Below, piece by piece: positions 9,344 through 18,009 of a stretch of DNA of 64,000 nucleotides. The notes beneath the pieces are model-generated. The model searched no databases. It was given only the letters and a program-made list of their open reading frames with translations, and was not told the DNA's origin. The translations under genes and the position numbers were made by a program. The DNA lies in the NCBI GenBank assembly GCA_963704005.1, contig CAVPGJ010000001.1, forward strand, positions 240,345 through 304,344. The letters are read 5' to 3'. Origin of the DNA: an uncultured Actinomycetes bacterium. GTDB taxonomy: Bacteria; Actinomycetota; Thermoleophilia; Gaiellales; Gaiellaceae. How positions within the stretch are numbered: the first letter of the stretch is position 1; each line of letters opens with the position of its first letter.

Positions 9344-10696
9344 ATGAACCCGCAGCGGCGAACGGCGCTCATCTCGGTGCTCGCGGCCTGCGTGCTGATC
9401 GCGCTCAAGCTCGGCACCGGGCTCGCGACGCACAGCCTCGGCCTGCTCTCGGAGTCGGTGCACTCCGGCACCGACCTCGTGGCGGCGCTGCTGACCTTCG
9501 TTGCGCTCGGGGTAGCGGTGCGCCCGGCCGATCCGGGGCACGCGTACGGCCACGGAAAGGCGGAGCACCTGGCCGCGCTCGCCGAGGCGGCGATCCTCGT
9601 CGTCGCGAGCCTGTGGATCGGGTGGCGCGCGATCCTGCGCTTGACCGACCACGCGCCCGGCCAGGTCGACCCGAAGTGGTACGCACTCGTGATCGTCGGG
9701 GCGGTGATGGTCATCGATGCGAGCAGGGCGATCGTCTCGTACCGCGCGGGCAGGCGCCTGGGAAGCCCGGCGCTACAGGCGAACGCGCTCCATTTCACAA
9801 GTGACTTCGCCGGCTCGACCGCGGTGCTGATCGGGCTCGCGGCCGCCACTGCGGGCTACTACTGGGCCGACTCGGTCGCGGCGCTGTTCGTGGCTGCGCT
9901 CGTCCTGCTGGCAGCCGGCCGGCTGATGCGCGTCAACGTCGACGTGCTCATGGACCGGGTCCCGAGCGAGGCCGAGGCGGCGGCGGTGGCGGCGATCGAG
10001 GCGGTCGATCCACCCGTGGAGCTGCGCCGGCTACGGATGCGCCAGGCAGCGGGGCGCCAGTTCGCGGACGTCGTGATCGGTGTTCCGCCCGGAGCTGCAG
10101 TCGGCCAGGGACACGCAGCGGCGGACGCGGTCGAGGAGGCCGTTCACGTCGCGCTGCCCGGGAGCGACGTGGTCGTCCACGTCGAGCCGCGCGTCGAAGA
10201 GACCGTGCTCCGCGAGCGCGCCCTGGCTGCCGCGCAGAGGGTTCCGCGCGTGCGCGAGATCCACAATCTGACCATCGTGCGCGTCGGTCCCCGCACGGAG
10301 GTGTCACTCCATCTGAAGCTCCCAGGCGAGCTGCCGCTCGAAGAGGCGCATGAGGTGGCGAGCGAGGTCGAGCGGGCGATCGTGGAGTCGGTCCCGGAGG
10401 TGAGGGCAGTGCGGACGCACCTCGAGCCGCTCAAGGAGGCGGGCGAAGGGCGTAGCGCCGACGACGCAGTCGCCGACCGGGCCGTGGTCGAGCGGATCGT
10501 GCGCGACGCGACCGGGGCCGCTCCGCGTGAGCTCCGCTTCCTCCGCACCGACGACGGACTGGTCGCCTATCTGACCGTCGGCCTCGACTCTCACGCCTCG
10601 CTGGCCGAAGCGCATGTGCGGGCGAGCGAGATCGAGGAGCGCATCCGGCGCGAGCTTCCGGATATCGCCGACGTGATAGTTCACACAGAACCATGA
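9344..10696 (+). CDS. cation diffusion facilitator (CDF) transporter with three tandem C-terminal cytoplasmic domains
   Basis: ATG 9344 inside ORF 9035..10696. The six-TMS core carries HSGTD and HFTSD metal-site motifs. Three ~78-aa repeats follow, ending HVEP, HLEP and HTEP. Confidence 0.85.
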   Translation: MNPQRRTALISVLAACVLIALKLGTGLATHSLGLLSESVHSGTDLVAALLTFVALGVAVRPADPGHAYGHGKAEHLAALAEAAILVVASLWIGWRAILRLTDHAPGQVDPKWYALVIVGAVMVIDASRAIVSYRAGRRLGSPALQANALHFTSDFAGSTAVLIGLAAATAGYYWADSVAALFVAALVLLAAGRLMRVNVDVLMDRVPSEAEAAAVAAIEAVDPPVELRRLRMRQAAGRQFADVVIGVPPGAAVGQGHAAADAVEEAVHVALPGSDVVVHVEPRVEETVLRERALAAAQRVPRVREIHNLTIVRVGPRTEVSLHLKLPGELPLEEAHEVASEVERAIVESVPEVRAVRTHLEPLKEAGEGRSADDAVADRAVVERIVRDATGAAPRELRFLRTDDGLVAYLTVGLDSHASLAEAHVRASEIEERIRRELPDIADVIVHTEP

Positions 10697-11517
10697 AGCT
10701 CTGCATGTTCACTCCCGTGGCGCACGAGATCCGTGGCTGGCCGGGGCGGATCGAGGGCGACCGCGTGATCCAGCTCGCGGCGCAGACGCTGGAGGCCTTC
10801 TTCACCGGCGGGGGGCAGGCGCGCGAGCATGCCGAGTACCCGCTCGCGGAGGTGCGGCTGCTCGCGCCGGTGCGGCGGCCGCCGTCCGTCCGCGACTTCT
10901 ACGCCTTCGAAGAGCACGTGCGGAACGCGCGCGCGGTCACCGGCCGCGGCGAGGTCGTGCCGGAGTGGTACGAGATCCCCGCCTTCTACTTCTCCAACCC
11001 GGCCGCGATCTTCGGGCCCGACGAGGAGATCCCCTACCCCGAGGGCTCCCAGGCTCTCGACTACGAGCTCGAGGTGGCGGCGGTAATGGCAGCGGACGGC
11101 GCGATCGGCGGGTTCACGATCATGAACGACTGGTCCGCGCGTGACCTGCAGCGGCTCGAGATGAAGATCGGGCTCGGCCCGGCGAAGGGCAAGGACTTCG
11201 CCACCTCGCTCGGGCCGCTGCTCGTCACACCCGACGAGCTCGGCGATCTGCGCCTTGAGATGGTCGCCCGCGTGAACGGCGAGGAGCGATCGCGCGGCAA
11301 CCTCGGTGACATGTACCACTCGTGGGAGGCGATCGTCGCGCACGCGGCGCGCAACACCGAGCTGCGGCCGGGCGACGTGCTCGGCTCGGGCACGGTTGGG
11401 ACCGGGTGCATCCTGGAGCACGGCGACGAAAGGTGGCTTCAGCCCGGCGACGTGGTCGAGCTCGAGGTCGAGGGAATCGGCGTCCTGCGGAACCGTGTCC
11501 GAACCGAACATGCTTAG
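10693..11517 (+). CDS. fumarylacetoacetate hydrolase (FAH) family protein
   Basis: 274 aa. FAH-fold motifs ...YELEVAAV...GFTIMNDWSARDLQ...GKDFATSLGP...GDVLGSGT. It has a 4-nt overlap with the upstream CDF gene. Confidence 0.85.
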   Translation: MKLCMFTPVAHEIRGWPGRIEGDRVIQLAAQTLEAFFTGGGQAREHAEYPLAEVRLLAPVRRPPSVRDFYAFEEHVRNARAVTGRGEVVPEWYEIPAFYFSNPAAIFGPDEEIPYPEGSQALDYELEVAAVMAADGAIGGFTIMNDWSARDLQRLEMKIGLGPAKGKDFATSLGPLLVTPDELGDLRLEMVARVNGEERSRGNLGDMYHSWEAIVAHAARNTELRPGDVLGSGTVGTGCILEHGDERWLQPGDVVELEVEGIGVLRNRVRTEHA

Positions 11518-11524
11518 AGCATGT
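11508..11524. promoter_or_regulatory. inverted repeat ACATGCT-TAG-AGCATGT (candidate VapB operator and/or stem-loop)
   Basis: 7-bp perfect arms flank the TAG stop of the FAH-family gene, 16 nt upstream of the vapB ATG. Confidence 0.3.
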
Positions 11525-11539
11525 GATAATGTTCTGCAC

Positions 11540-11767
11540 ATGGCGCACATCCAGATCCGCAACGTTCCGCCTGAGCTGCACCGAAAACTGAAGATCCGAG
11601 CCGCCGAAGCGGGGATGACGCTCTCCGACTACCTTCTGCGCGAGGCGGAGATCGCGGCCGACAAGCCGTCGCTCCAGGAGCAGATCCGCAAGATCCGGTC
11701 GGGCAAGCTCCACCGCTTCGACACGCGGAGCGCCGACCTGATCCGCGAGGACCGCGACAGCCGGTGA
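11540..11767 (+). CDS. vapB: type II antitoxin, ribbon-helix-helix (VapB/FitA-like)
   Basis: MAHIQIRNVPPELHRKLKIRAAEAGMTLSDYLL is a typical Arc/MetJ RHH N-terminus. It has a 4-nt overlap with the PIN gene. Confidence 0.75.
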   Translation: MAHIQIRNVPPELHRKLKIRAAEAGMTLSDYLLREAEIAADKPSLQEQIRKIRSGKLHRFDTRSADLIREDRDSR

Positions 11768-12159
11768 TCCTGGACGCCTCGGCCGCGCTCGACCTGCTGA
11801 CCGTCGAGACCGAGATCGGGGCGTGGGTCGGGAGGCAGCTCGAGGGGGAGCGCGTGCTCGACGCGCCTCAGGTGATCGACCTCGAGGTCCTCTCGGGCCT
11901 GCGGAAGCGGGTGCTGCGACGCGAGCTCGGTACCAGGTCGGCCCGCCTGGCCTTGACGGAGTTCCAGGAGCTGCGCATCCGGCGGTACCCGACGGTCGCG
12001 TTGCTCGACCGCATCTGGGCGCTGCGCGAGCGGCTCACGCCGTATGACGCCGCCTACGTGGCCCTGGCCGAGGCCCTCGGCGCGCCGCTTGTCACGACCG
12101 ACCGTCGGCTCGCGCGGGCCGGCGGTCACCGCGCTCTGATCGTCGCCTACGGCGTCTAA
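11764..12159 (+). CDS. vapC: type II toxin, PIN-domain ribonuclease VapC
   Basis: 131 aa. N-terminal ILDASA acidic residue, ...YDAAYVALAE..., and C-terminal LVTTDRRL, the PIN signature. Confidence 0.8.
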   Translation: MILDASAALDLLTVETEIGAWVGRQLEGERVLDAPQVIDLEVLSGLRKRVLRRELGTRSARLALTEFQELRIRRYPTVALLDRIWALRERLTPYDAAYVALAEALGAPLVTTDRRLARAGGHRALIVAYGV

Positions 12160-12175
12160 CCGGCACGATAGAGCC

Positions 12176-13150
12176 GTGAAGGTCGCGGTCATCGGCGCGG
12201 GCGTGATGGGTCTCGCCACCGGCTGGGCACTTCGGCGGCGCGGCGTGCAGGCGACCGTCTACGAGCAGTTCGAGGTCGGGAACCCACGCGGGTCGAGCCA
12301 CGGGCGCTCGCGGATCTTCCGGCTCGCCTACGCCGAGCCCGAATACGTGCGGCTGGCGCAGGAGTCGCTCGGGCTCTGGCGGGAGCTGGAGGCCGAGAGC
12401 GGCCAGACGGTGCTCGAGCTCTACGGCCTCGTCGAGATCGTGCAGAGGCTCGAGGAGAGCACGGCGGAGACGCTCGAGGCCTGCGGCGTCGCCTGGGAGC
12501 GGCTCGACCGCAAGGAGGCGGAGCGGCGCTTCCCGATTCGCGTGCCCGAGGGATCGTTCGCGGTGCTGCAGCCGGAGGCGGGGATCGCGCGCGCCGACAA
12601 GGCGCTCGAGGCGTTCCGCCGTGGGCTCGACGTCCGCGAGCACACGCATGCGCATCCGGACGAGGTCGACGCGGACGCCGTCGTCGTCACCGCCGGCTCG
12701 TGGGTCAACGACCTCCTGGACGAGCCGCTGCCGGTGAAGGTGACACGCGAGACCGTCTGCTACTTCCGGCCCGAGGAGGGCCGCCCGATTCCGTCGGTCG
12801 TCTCGTTCAAGCCCGGCCGGCACACGCACGAGATGTACTCGCTCCACGACCCGGTCTACGGCCTCAAGGTCGGCGCGCACCATGCGGGGCAGGAGGCCGA
12901 CCCCGACGTCCCGACCGAGCCCGAGCCGCAGCTCGTCGAGCGGATCGCCGCCTGGGCGAACGAGACCTACCGGCTCGCCGAGCCCGAGCCCGCCGGCCTC
13001 GATACCTGCATGTACACGACTACCGCGGACGAGTCGTTCATCCTCGAGCGGCGCGGCCGCGTCGTCCTCGGCTCGGCCTGCTCGGGCCATGGCTTCAAGT
13101 TCGCGCCGGCGATCGGCGAGCGGCTCGCCGCGCTGGCCGTCGACGGCTGA
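12176..13150 (+). CDS. FAD-dependent oxidoreductase, monomeric sarcosine oxidase / N-methyltryptophan oxidase-like
   Basis: VAVIGAGVMG dinucleotide fold, SSHGRSRIFR, and the C-terminal CSGHGFKFAPAIG (covalent-FAD Cys context). Confidence 0.8.
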   Translation: MKVAVIGAGVMGLATGWALRRRGVQATVYEQFEVGNPRGSSHGRSRIFRLAYAEPEYVRLAQESLGLWRELEAESGQTVLELYGLVEIVQRLEESTAETLEACGVAWERLDRKEAERRFPIRVPEGSFAVLQPEAGIARADKALEAFRRGLDVREHTHAHPDEVDADAVVVTAGSWVNDLLDEPLPVKVTRETVCYFRPEEGRPIPSVVSFKPGRHTHEMYSLHDPVYGLKVGAHHAGQEADPDVPTEPEPQLVERIAAWANETYRLAEPEPAGLDTCMYTTTADESFILERRGRVVLGSACSGHGFKFAPAIGERLAALAVDG

Positions 13151-13163
13151 CTATTCTTGCGCC

Positions 13164-14372
13164 GTGCCGACGTATCAGCTCCGTGGTGAGGTCCCGCGCA
13201 AGCGCCACATCCAGTTCCGCGACAACGGGCGGCTGCTCACGGAAGAGGTGATGGGCCTCGAGGGCTTCTCGGGCAACGAGTCGATCCTCTACCACCTGAC
13301 CTCTCCCTGCCGCGTCACGAAGGTCGCCGGCTTCGAGCCGATCGAGCGGGACGAGTGGGTTCCGGACGGTCACCAGCACCGGCATTTCGCGACGATGGGG
13401 ATCGAGCCCGAGGGCGACGCGATCAGCGGCCGGCGCCTGCTGATGTGGAACGACGACGTCGAGATCTCGCTCTGCCGGCCGGACGAGGAGATGGAGACGT
13501 TCTTCCGCAACGGCGAGGGCGACGAGGTCATCTTCGTCCACGAGGGCTCCGGGACGCTGGAGACGATCTTCGGCGACGTGCCGTACAAGGAGGGCGACTA
13601 CGTCGTCGTCCCGCGCGGCACGACCTACCGCTTCCGGCCCGAGGGCGACCAGCGCTACCTCGTCTTCGAGTCGCCCGGCCTGATCGAGATTCCGCGGCGC
13701 TACCGCAACGACTACGGCCAGCTGCTGGAGCACGCGCCGTTCTACCACCGGGACATCCACCCGCCGACCGAGCTGCATACGCATCGCGATCAGGGCGAGT
13801 TCCGCGTGAAGGTGCGGGTGCGCGACGGCTACCAGACCTACGTCCTCGACTACCACCCGTTCGACGTCGTCGGCTGGGACGGCTACGTCTACCCGTGGAC
13901 GTTCTCGATCCACGACTTCGAGCCGATCACCGGCCGGATCCACATGCCGCCGCCCTCGCACCAGACGTTCGAGGGGCGCAACTTCGTGATCTGCTCGTTC
14001 TGCCCGCGCAAGCTCGACTTCGACCCGCTGGCGATCCCGATCCCGTACCACCACTCGAACCTGAACTCGGAGGAGATGATCTATTACGTCTCCGGGAACT
14101 TCGGCTCGCGGCGCGGGATCGAGGTCGGCTCGGTGACGCTGCATCCCTCCGGGATCCCGCACGGGCCGCATCCGGGCCTCGCGGAGAAGTCGATCGGCCA
14201 GACGGAGACGCACGAGCTGGCGGTCATGTGCGACACGTTCCATCCGTTGCGGCTGACGAAGCTCGCGAAGGGCCTCGACGACGGCGAGTACGCCTACTCG
14301 TGGCTCGAGGAGCGCGTGCCGGCCGCGGGCGACGCGGACGAAGATCCCGCGGGCGTCACCTCCCACTTCTAG
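13164..14372 (+). CDS. hmgA: homogentisate 1,2-dioxygenase
   Basis: GTG 13164 inside ORF 12882..14372. Cupin core ...GDEVIFVHEGSG...YVVVPRGTTYRF...PIPYHHSNLNSEEMIYYV...LHPSGIPHGPHPG. Confidence 0.85.
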   Translation: MPTYQLRGEVPRKRHIQFRDNGRLLTEEVMGLEGFSGNESILYHLTSPCRVTKVAGFEPIERDEWVPDGHQHRHFATMGIEPEGDAISGRRLLMWNDDVEISLCRPDEEMETFFRNGEGDEVIFVHEGSGTLETIFGDVPYKEGDYVVVPRGTTYRFRPEGDQRYLVFESPGLIEIPRRYRNDYGQLLEHAPFYHRDIHPPTELHTHRDQGEFRVKVRVRDGYQTYVLDYHPFDVVGWDGYVYPWTFSIHDFEPITGRIHMPPPSHQTFEGRNFVICSFCPRKLDFDPLAIPIPYHHSNLNSEEMIYYVSGNFGSRRGIEVGSVTLHPSGIPHGPHPGLAEKSIGQTETHELAVMCDTFHPLRLTKLAKGLDDGEYAYSWLEERVPAAGDADEDPAGVTSHF

Positions 14373-14437
14373 CGGCGCCTTGAAAGCCCGCTGCCGCAGG
14401 CGTAGGTTCCCACGACGCAATCAGAGGAGGATTCGCA

Positions 14438-15016
14438 ATGGGGAATCGCCTGGCCATCGCCATCTCGTCAGCCGCGCTCGTCGTCGCCGTGCTGGGGGTC
14501 AGCCCGCTCGGAGGCGCGGCGATCCGCGCCGGGACGCAGGCCACCGGTCTGAGCGGGAAGACCAGCCAGGGCGCTCGCGGGCCTCGAGGCCCGCGCGGCC
14601 GGCGCGGCCCCCGCGGCGGCCCCGGCAGGCCGGGCGCGCGCGGGCCGACCGGCGCCAAGGGTGCGACCGGCGCCAAGGGCGCGGCCGGCGCCAAGGGCGC
14701 TACCGGATCCGCCGGCGCTCCGGCCTCGCAGCACTGGGCCGTGGTAGCCGGGGCCGGAACCCTGGTTCGGGGCAAGGGATTGGCCGCGAGCAACCCGGTC
14801 ACTCGCGGCGCCACCGGCTCGTACTCGGTCCTCTTCAACCAGTCGGCGGCCGCGTGTGCATGGGCGGCCTCGATCGCGAACTCGGGCACGAGCGTTCCGA
14901 CCGCGAGCTACCTGGAGCTCAGCCAGGGCGCGCAGACCAACGAGGTGGACGTGCACACGTACCACAGCGGCGCCATGGCGGAGGACCAGCCGTTCATGCT
15001 CTCGATCTTCTGCTGA
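14438..15016 (+). CDS. secreted collagen-like (G-X-Y) repeat protein with ~100-aa C-terminal globular domain
   Basis: RBS GAGGAGGA lies upstream. Signal/anchor MGNRLAIAISSAALVVAVLGVSPLGGAA. 16 uninterrupted G-X-Y triplets span ~14570-14713. Confidence 0.8.
   Translation: MGNRLAIAISSAALVVAVLGVSPLGGAAIRAGTQATGLSGKTSQGARGPRGPRGRRGPRGGPGRPGARGPTGAKGATGAKGAAGAKGATGSAGAPASQHWAVVAGAGTLVRGKGLAASNPVTRGATGSYSVLFNQSAAACAWAASIANSGTSVPTASYLELSQGAQTNEVDVHTYHSGAMAEDQPFMLSIFC
14648..14701 (+). repeat. 3 x 18-bp tandem repeat (ACCGGCGCCAAGGGYGCG) inside the collagen-like region
   Basis: Units at 14648-14665, 14666-14683 and 14684-14701 encode TGAKGA/TGAKGA/AGAKGA. Confidence 0.8.
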
Positions 15017-15609
15017 TCCTCGACTGGGACGGCACGGTCACCGAGCGGGACACGCTCGATCTCGTGCTGTCGCGGTTCGGCGACACGGAGGTCTACGAGC
15101 GGGCCGAGGCGGAGCTCGAGCGCGGGACGATGACCCTGAACGAGGTGATCGCGGCGGAGTTCGCGACGGTCACCGCGCCGCTCGACGAGGTCGTCGCGTA
15201 CGTCGTGGCCGAGGCACGCGTACGGCCCGGGTTCGCGGAGCTTGCGCGGTCGCGGCGTCCGCTGGTCGTCTCGTCCGGGTTCCACGAGCTGATCGAGCCC
15301 CTGCTCGAGCGGGAGCGCGTGCTCGGCGAGGTCGAGCTGCGGGCCAACCGCGTCGACGCGTGGCCCAACGGCTGGCGGGTTCTCTTCCGCGACGTCCCGA
15401 TCTGCGCGGTGTGCGGTGAGCCCTGCAAGCGCGCCGACCTCCCCGACGACGGCGAGGTCGTCTACGCGGGCGACGGCTACTCGGACTACTGCGCCGCCCT
15501 CGCCGCCGACCGGGTGTTCGCCACCGGCAGCCTCGCCCGCTACCTCGACGAGCGCCGCGTCCCCTACGAGCCGCTGACCGACTTCGTCGCGCTGGCGTCC
15601 GCGCTCTAG
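15010..15609 (+). CDS. HAD-IB family hydrolase, MtnX-like phosphatase (start codon uncertain)
   Basis: Motif I LDWDGT sits immediately after the collagen gene stop. A C-terminal CAVCGEPCKR plus GDGYSD matches the MtnX-type pattern. No ATG/GTG/TTG is in frame upstream, so a CTG at 15010/15013 is the best guess. The N-terminal 200 aa of ORF 14380..15609 are an artefact. Confidence 0.6.
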   Translation: MLILDWDGTVTERDTLDLVLSRFGDTEVYERAEAELERGTMTLNEVIAAEFATVTAPLDEVVAYVVAEARVRPGFAELARSRRPLVVSSGFHELIEPLLERERVLGEVELRANRVDAWPNGWRVLFRDVPICAVCGEPCKRADLPDDGEVVYAGDGYSDYCAALAADRVFATGSLARYLDERRVPYEPLTDFVALASAL

Positions 15610-16235
15610 TCGGAGGGCTTGCGGGGGCCGCCGTGCGTTAGCAGGAGCCGGCTGGGCCGCCTCGTGTTGAGCGCCCGTTCGACCGACCGCCTCAGCCTTT
15701 CGACCGACTCGCCCTCACGGAGCCACGATTCCGGACACAGCCTCATGTCATCCGGATAGCCGAGCAGCGAGTCGCCGAAGACCACTGCGCGGTGGCTCGG
15801 CAGCCAGAACGCAGCCTCGCTCATGTGGTGGAGCGCGATCGCCTCGACGCCGCCGGGCAGCGCGTCTCCCTCCGAGAACGTTTGCGTCACCGGAGCACGC
15901 TTCGCGACCTCGTCCTCGGACGGCGCGTGCGCCCACAGCGTCGCGCCCTCGTACCGCTCCAGGATCACGGGTGCGCTCCGAACGTGCCAGAAGACCGTGA
16001 TCAGGATCGCGGGCGGCCCGTGGTGCTCCACGTCGGCGTCGAGCGCGGCCCAGAACGCCTCCTCGTCGTCGCCCGGCACGAGGGGGTCGAAGAGCACGAG
16101 GTCGCCGCCCTCGACGAGCGCATAGCAGGAGACGTCGCGCTCCCAGCCCCGGTCGTCGACGAAATCCTCCGGGCCCCAGTCCGGGTGCGGCGCGGTCCAC
16201 CACCACAGGTGCGGTGCGATCTGCTGGATCTCCAC
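15606..16235 (-). CDS. MBL-fold-like protein with degenerate metal-binding motif
   Basis: 209 aa with GTG start. The layout resembles metallo-beta-lactamase fold proteins (..SCYALVEGGDLVLFDP...ILITVFWHVRS...), but the HxHxDH position reads FWHVRS. Confidence 0.45.
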   Translation of the reverse strand: MEIQQIAPHLWWWTAPHPDWGPEDFVDDRGWERDVSCYALVEGGDLVLFDPLVPGDDEEAFWAALDADVEHHGPPAILITVFWHVRSAPVILERYEGATLWAHAPSEDEVAKRAPVTQTFSEGDALPGGVEAIALHHMSEAAFWLPSHRAVVFGDSLLGYPDDMRLCPESWLREGESVERLRRSVERALNTRRPSRLLLTHGGPRKPSD

Positions 16236-16267
16236 GCCGGCGACCGTACCGCACGTACGGTTGCCCG

Positions 16268-17080
16268 ATGGGCGTCCTGCGCCTGCCCGAGCCGTTCGAT
16301 TTCGAGCTCTCGACCGAGCGCTTCCGCGCCTTCGGGCCCGACCTGGCCAACCTCTGGGCCGACGGCGCGCTGCGCCGGGTCGTCGGGCGGCGCGAGGTGC
16401 GAATCGAGCCGGCGCGCGGCGGCGTGCGCGTCGAGCCCCTCGACGCCGAGACGAGGCCGGTGGTCCGCAAGTTGCTCGGCGCCGAGTTCGACCTCGGCGC
16501 GTTCTACGTCTGGGCGCGGCGCGACCCGGTGCTGCGGCGGTTGACGAAGGCGCTCGCCGGCTTCCGCCCGCCGCTCGCCCCCGACCCGTTCGAGACGCTC
16601 GTCACCTCGATCACCGCGCAGCAGGTCTCGCTGCATGCGGCCTTCGCGATCCGCAACCGCCTGATCGAGCGCTTCGGCCGCCGCGCCGCGCAGGCGTACG
16701 CCTTCCCGGCCGCGCGCCGGCTCGCCCGCGTCGGCGAGGAGGAGCTCGTTGCGCTCGGCTTCTCGCGTCGCAAGGCCGAGTACGTCGTCGGGCTCGCCGA
16801 GGCTCCGCCCGGCTTCGACGAGCTGGCCGGGCTTCCGGACGACGAGGTCAAGGCTCGCCTGGTCGAGATCCGCGGCCTCGGCGAGTGGACGGCCGATTGG
16901 TACCTCGCGCGCCACCTCGCCCGGCCGCGCGCCTGGCCCGCGGGCGACCTCGCCCTTGCGAAGGCGGTGCGGGCCTTCTACCCGGAAGCCGGGGACATCC
17001 GCGCCTTCGGCGAGCATTTCGAGCCCTTCCAGAACCTCTCCGCCCACTACCTGTTGACGGGGGCTAGGCTCGGGGCGTGA
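16268..17080 (+). CDS. DNA-3-methyladenine glycosylase II (AlkA-like, HhH-GPD)
   Basis: ATG 16268 inside ORF 16214..17080. ...LVTSITAQQVSL...IRGLGEWTADWYL...PAGDLAL (HhH plus catalytic Asp). Confidence 0.8.
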   Translation: MGVLRLPEPFDFELSTERFRAFGPDLANLWADGALRRVVGRREVRIEPARGGVRVEPLDAETRPVVRKLLGAEFDLGAFYVWARRDPVLRRLTKALAGFRPPLAPDPFETLVTSITAQQVSLHAAFAIRNRLIERFGRRAAQAYAFPAARRLARVGEEELVALGFSRRKAEYVVGLAEAPPGFDELAGLPDDEVKARLVEIRGLGEWTADWYLARHLARPRAWPAGDLALAKAVRAFYPEAGDIRAFGEHFEPFQNLSAHYLLTGARLGA

Positions 17081-18000
17081 ACGTTCGCGAGGCGACCCGG
17101 CAGGACACGGACGCGGTGCTGGCGCTGTTCGAGGCGATGGACTGGGACCGCCCGTGGCCGCGGCCGCAGCTCGGGCCGAAGCACCTCGAGGGCAAGCTCG
17201 TCCTCGTCGCCGAGGAGGACGGCGAGATCGCCGGCTTCGCGTTCGGCGAGACCGAGCAGCATGGCCGGGCCCACCTGAACGTCGCCTGCGTGCGGCCCGA
17301 GAGCCGGCGCCGGGGCGTCATGAAGGCGCTCCTGGCCGAGTTCGCCGCCCGGGCGCGTGCCGCCGGCTCCGACCACATCACCCTCGACGTCGACACGAGC
17401 AACGAGGTCGGCCGCGTCGTCTGGCAGCGCCTCGGCTTCACGGACTTCTCGCAGCGCCTGGTCGCCTCGGTGGACGCGCTGGAGGCACGGCTCGCCGCTC
17501 CGGTTGGCGAGTCGCGTGCAACCGTCTACGTCCAGACCGACGACGTGGACACGGTCGGGGCGGCTGCGGCCAAGTACCTGCCGCGCCTCGGCGGGTCGGG
17601 CGAGCAGGTGACCGGCCCCGAGAACGGCTGGACCGCCGTGCGCGCGGAGCTGCTCGACCGCGACCGCCGCGCACGGGAGCGCTTCGCCTCCGAGCTCTCG
17701 AACGCGACGGCGGCCGTCGCCTGCACGCTGGCGCTCGAGGACGGGCGGCTCGTCCGCTACGTGCTCTACGAGCGCGGCAGCGTCGTCGACGAGTACCAGT
17801 CGGTGCCGGAGTACTACGGCCCGGTGCCGCCCGGCGACGTCGTCGCGCTCGGCGCGAACGCGACCGTCGTTGCGCGGCTGACCGGCGCCGAGGCCGCACG
17901 CGTGCGCGCCGTCGCCCGCACGGCGGCATCGCCCGAGGAGCTACCGCCTGCGCCGGAGCTACTGCAGCAGATCGCCGAGCTACTAGGTCTGTCGGGCTAG
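17077..18000 (+). CDS. GNAT family N-acetyltransferase with ~170-aa C-terminal extension
   Basis: Acetyl-CoA motif VRPESRRRGVMKALL. It has a 4-nt overlap with the upstream gene. The C-terminal half has no recognisable family. Confidence 0.7.
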   Translation: MNVREATRQDTDAVLALFEAMDWDRPWPRPQLGPKHLEGKLVLVAEEDGEIAGFAFGETEQHGRAHLNVACVRPESRRRGVMKALLAEFAARARAAGSDHITLDVDTSNEVGRVVWQRLGFTDFSQRLVASVDALEARLAAPVGESRATVYVQTDDVDTVGAAAAKYLPRLGGSGEQVTGPENGWTAVRAELLDRDRRARERFASELSNATAAVACTLALEDGRLVRYVLYERGSVVDEYQSVPEYYGPVPPGDVVALGANATVVARLTGAEAARVRAVARTAASPEELPPAPELLQQIAELLGLSG

Positions 18001-18009
18001 TCTGCAGCC

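Noticed and set aside
14570-14713. Periodic 9/18-bp nucleotide repeats (also 31579-31749) as a possible CRISPR or VNTR array
   Set aside because: They are the coding G-X-Y triplets of collagen-like proteins, in frame with a signal peptide and a folded C-terminal domain. There is no repeat-spacer architecture and there are no cas genes.
14380-15009. N-terminal 200 aa of ORF 14380..15609 as part of the HAD hydrolase
   Set aside because: This part overlaps the collagen-like gene in another frame and is Arg/Gly-rich nonsense. The HAD motif I (DWDGT), which lies near the N-terminus in this family, appears only at ~15022.
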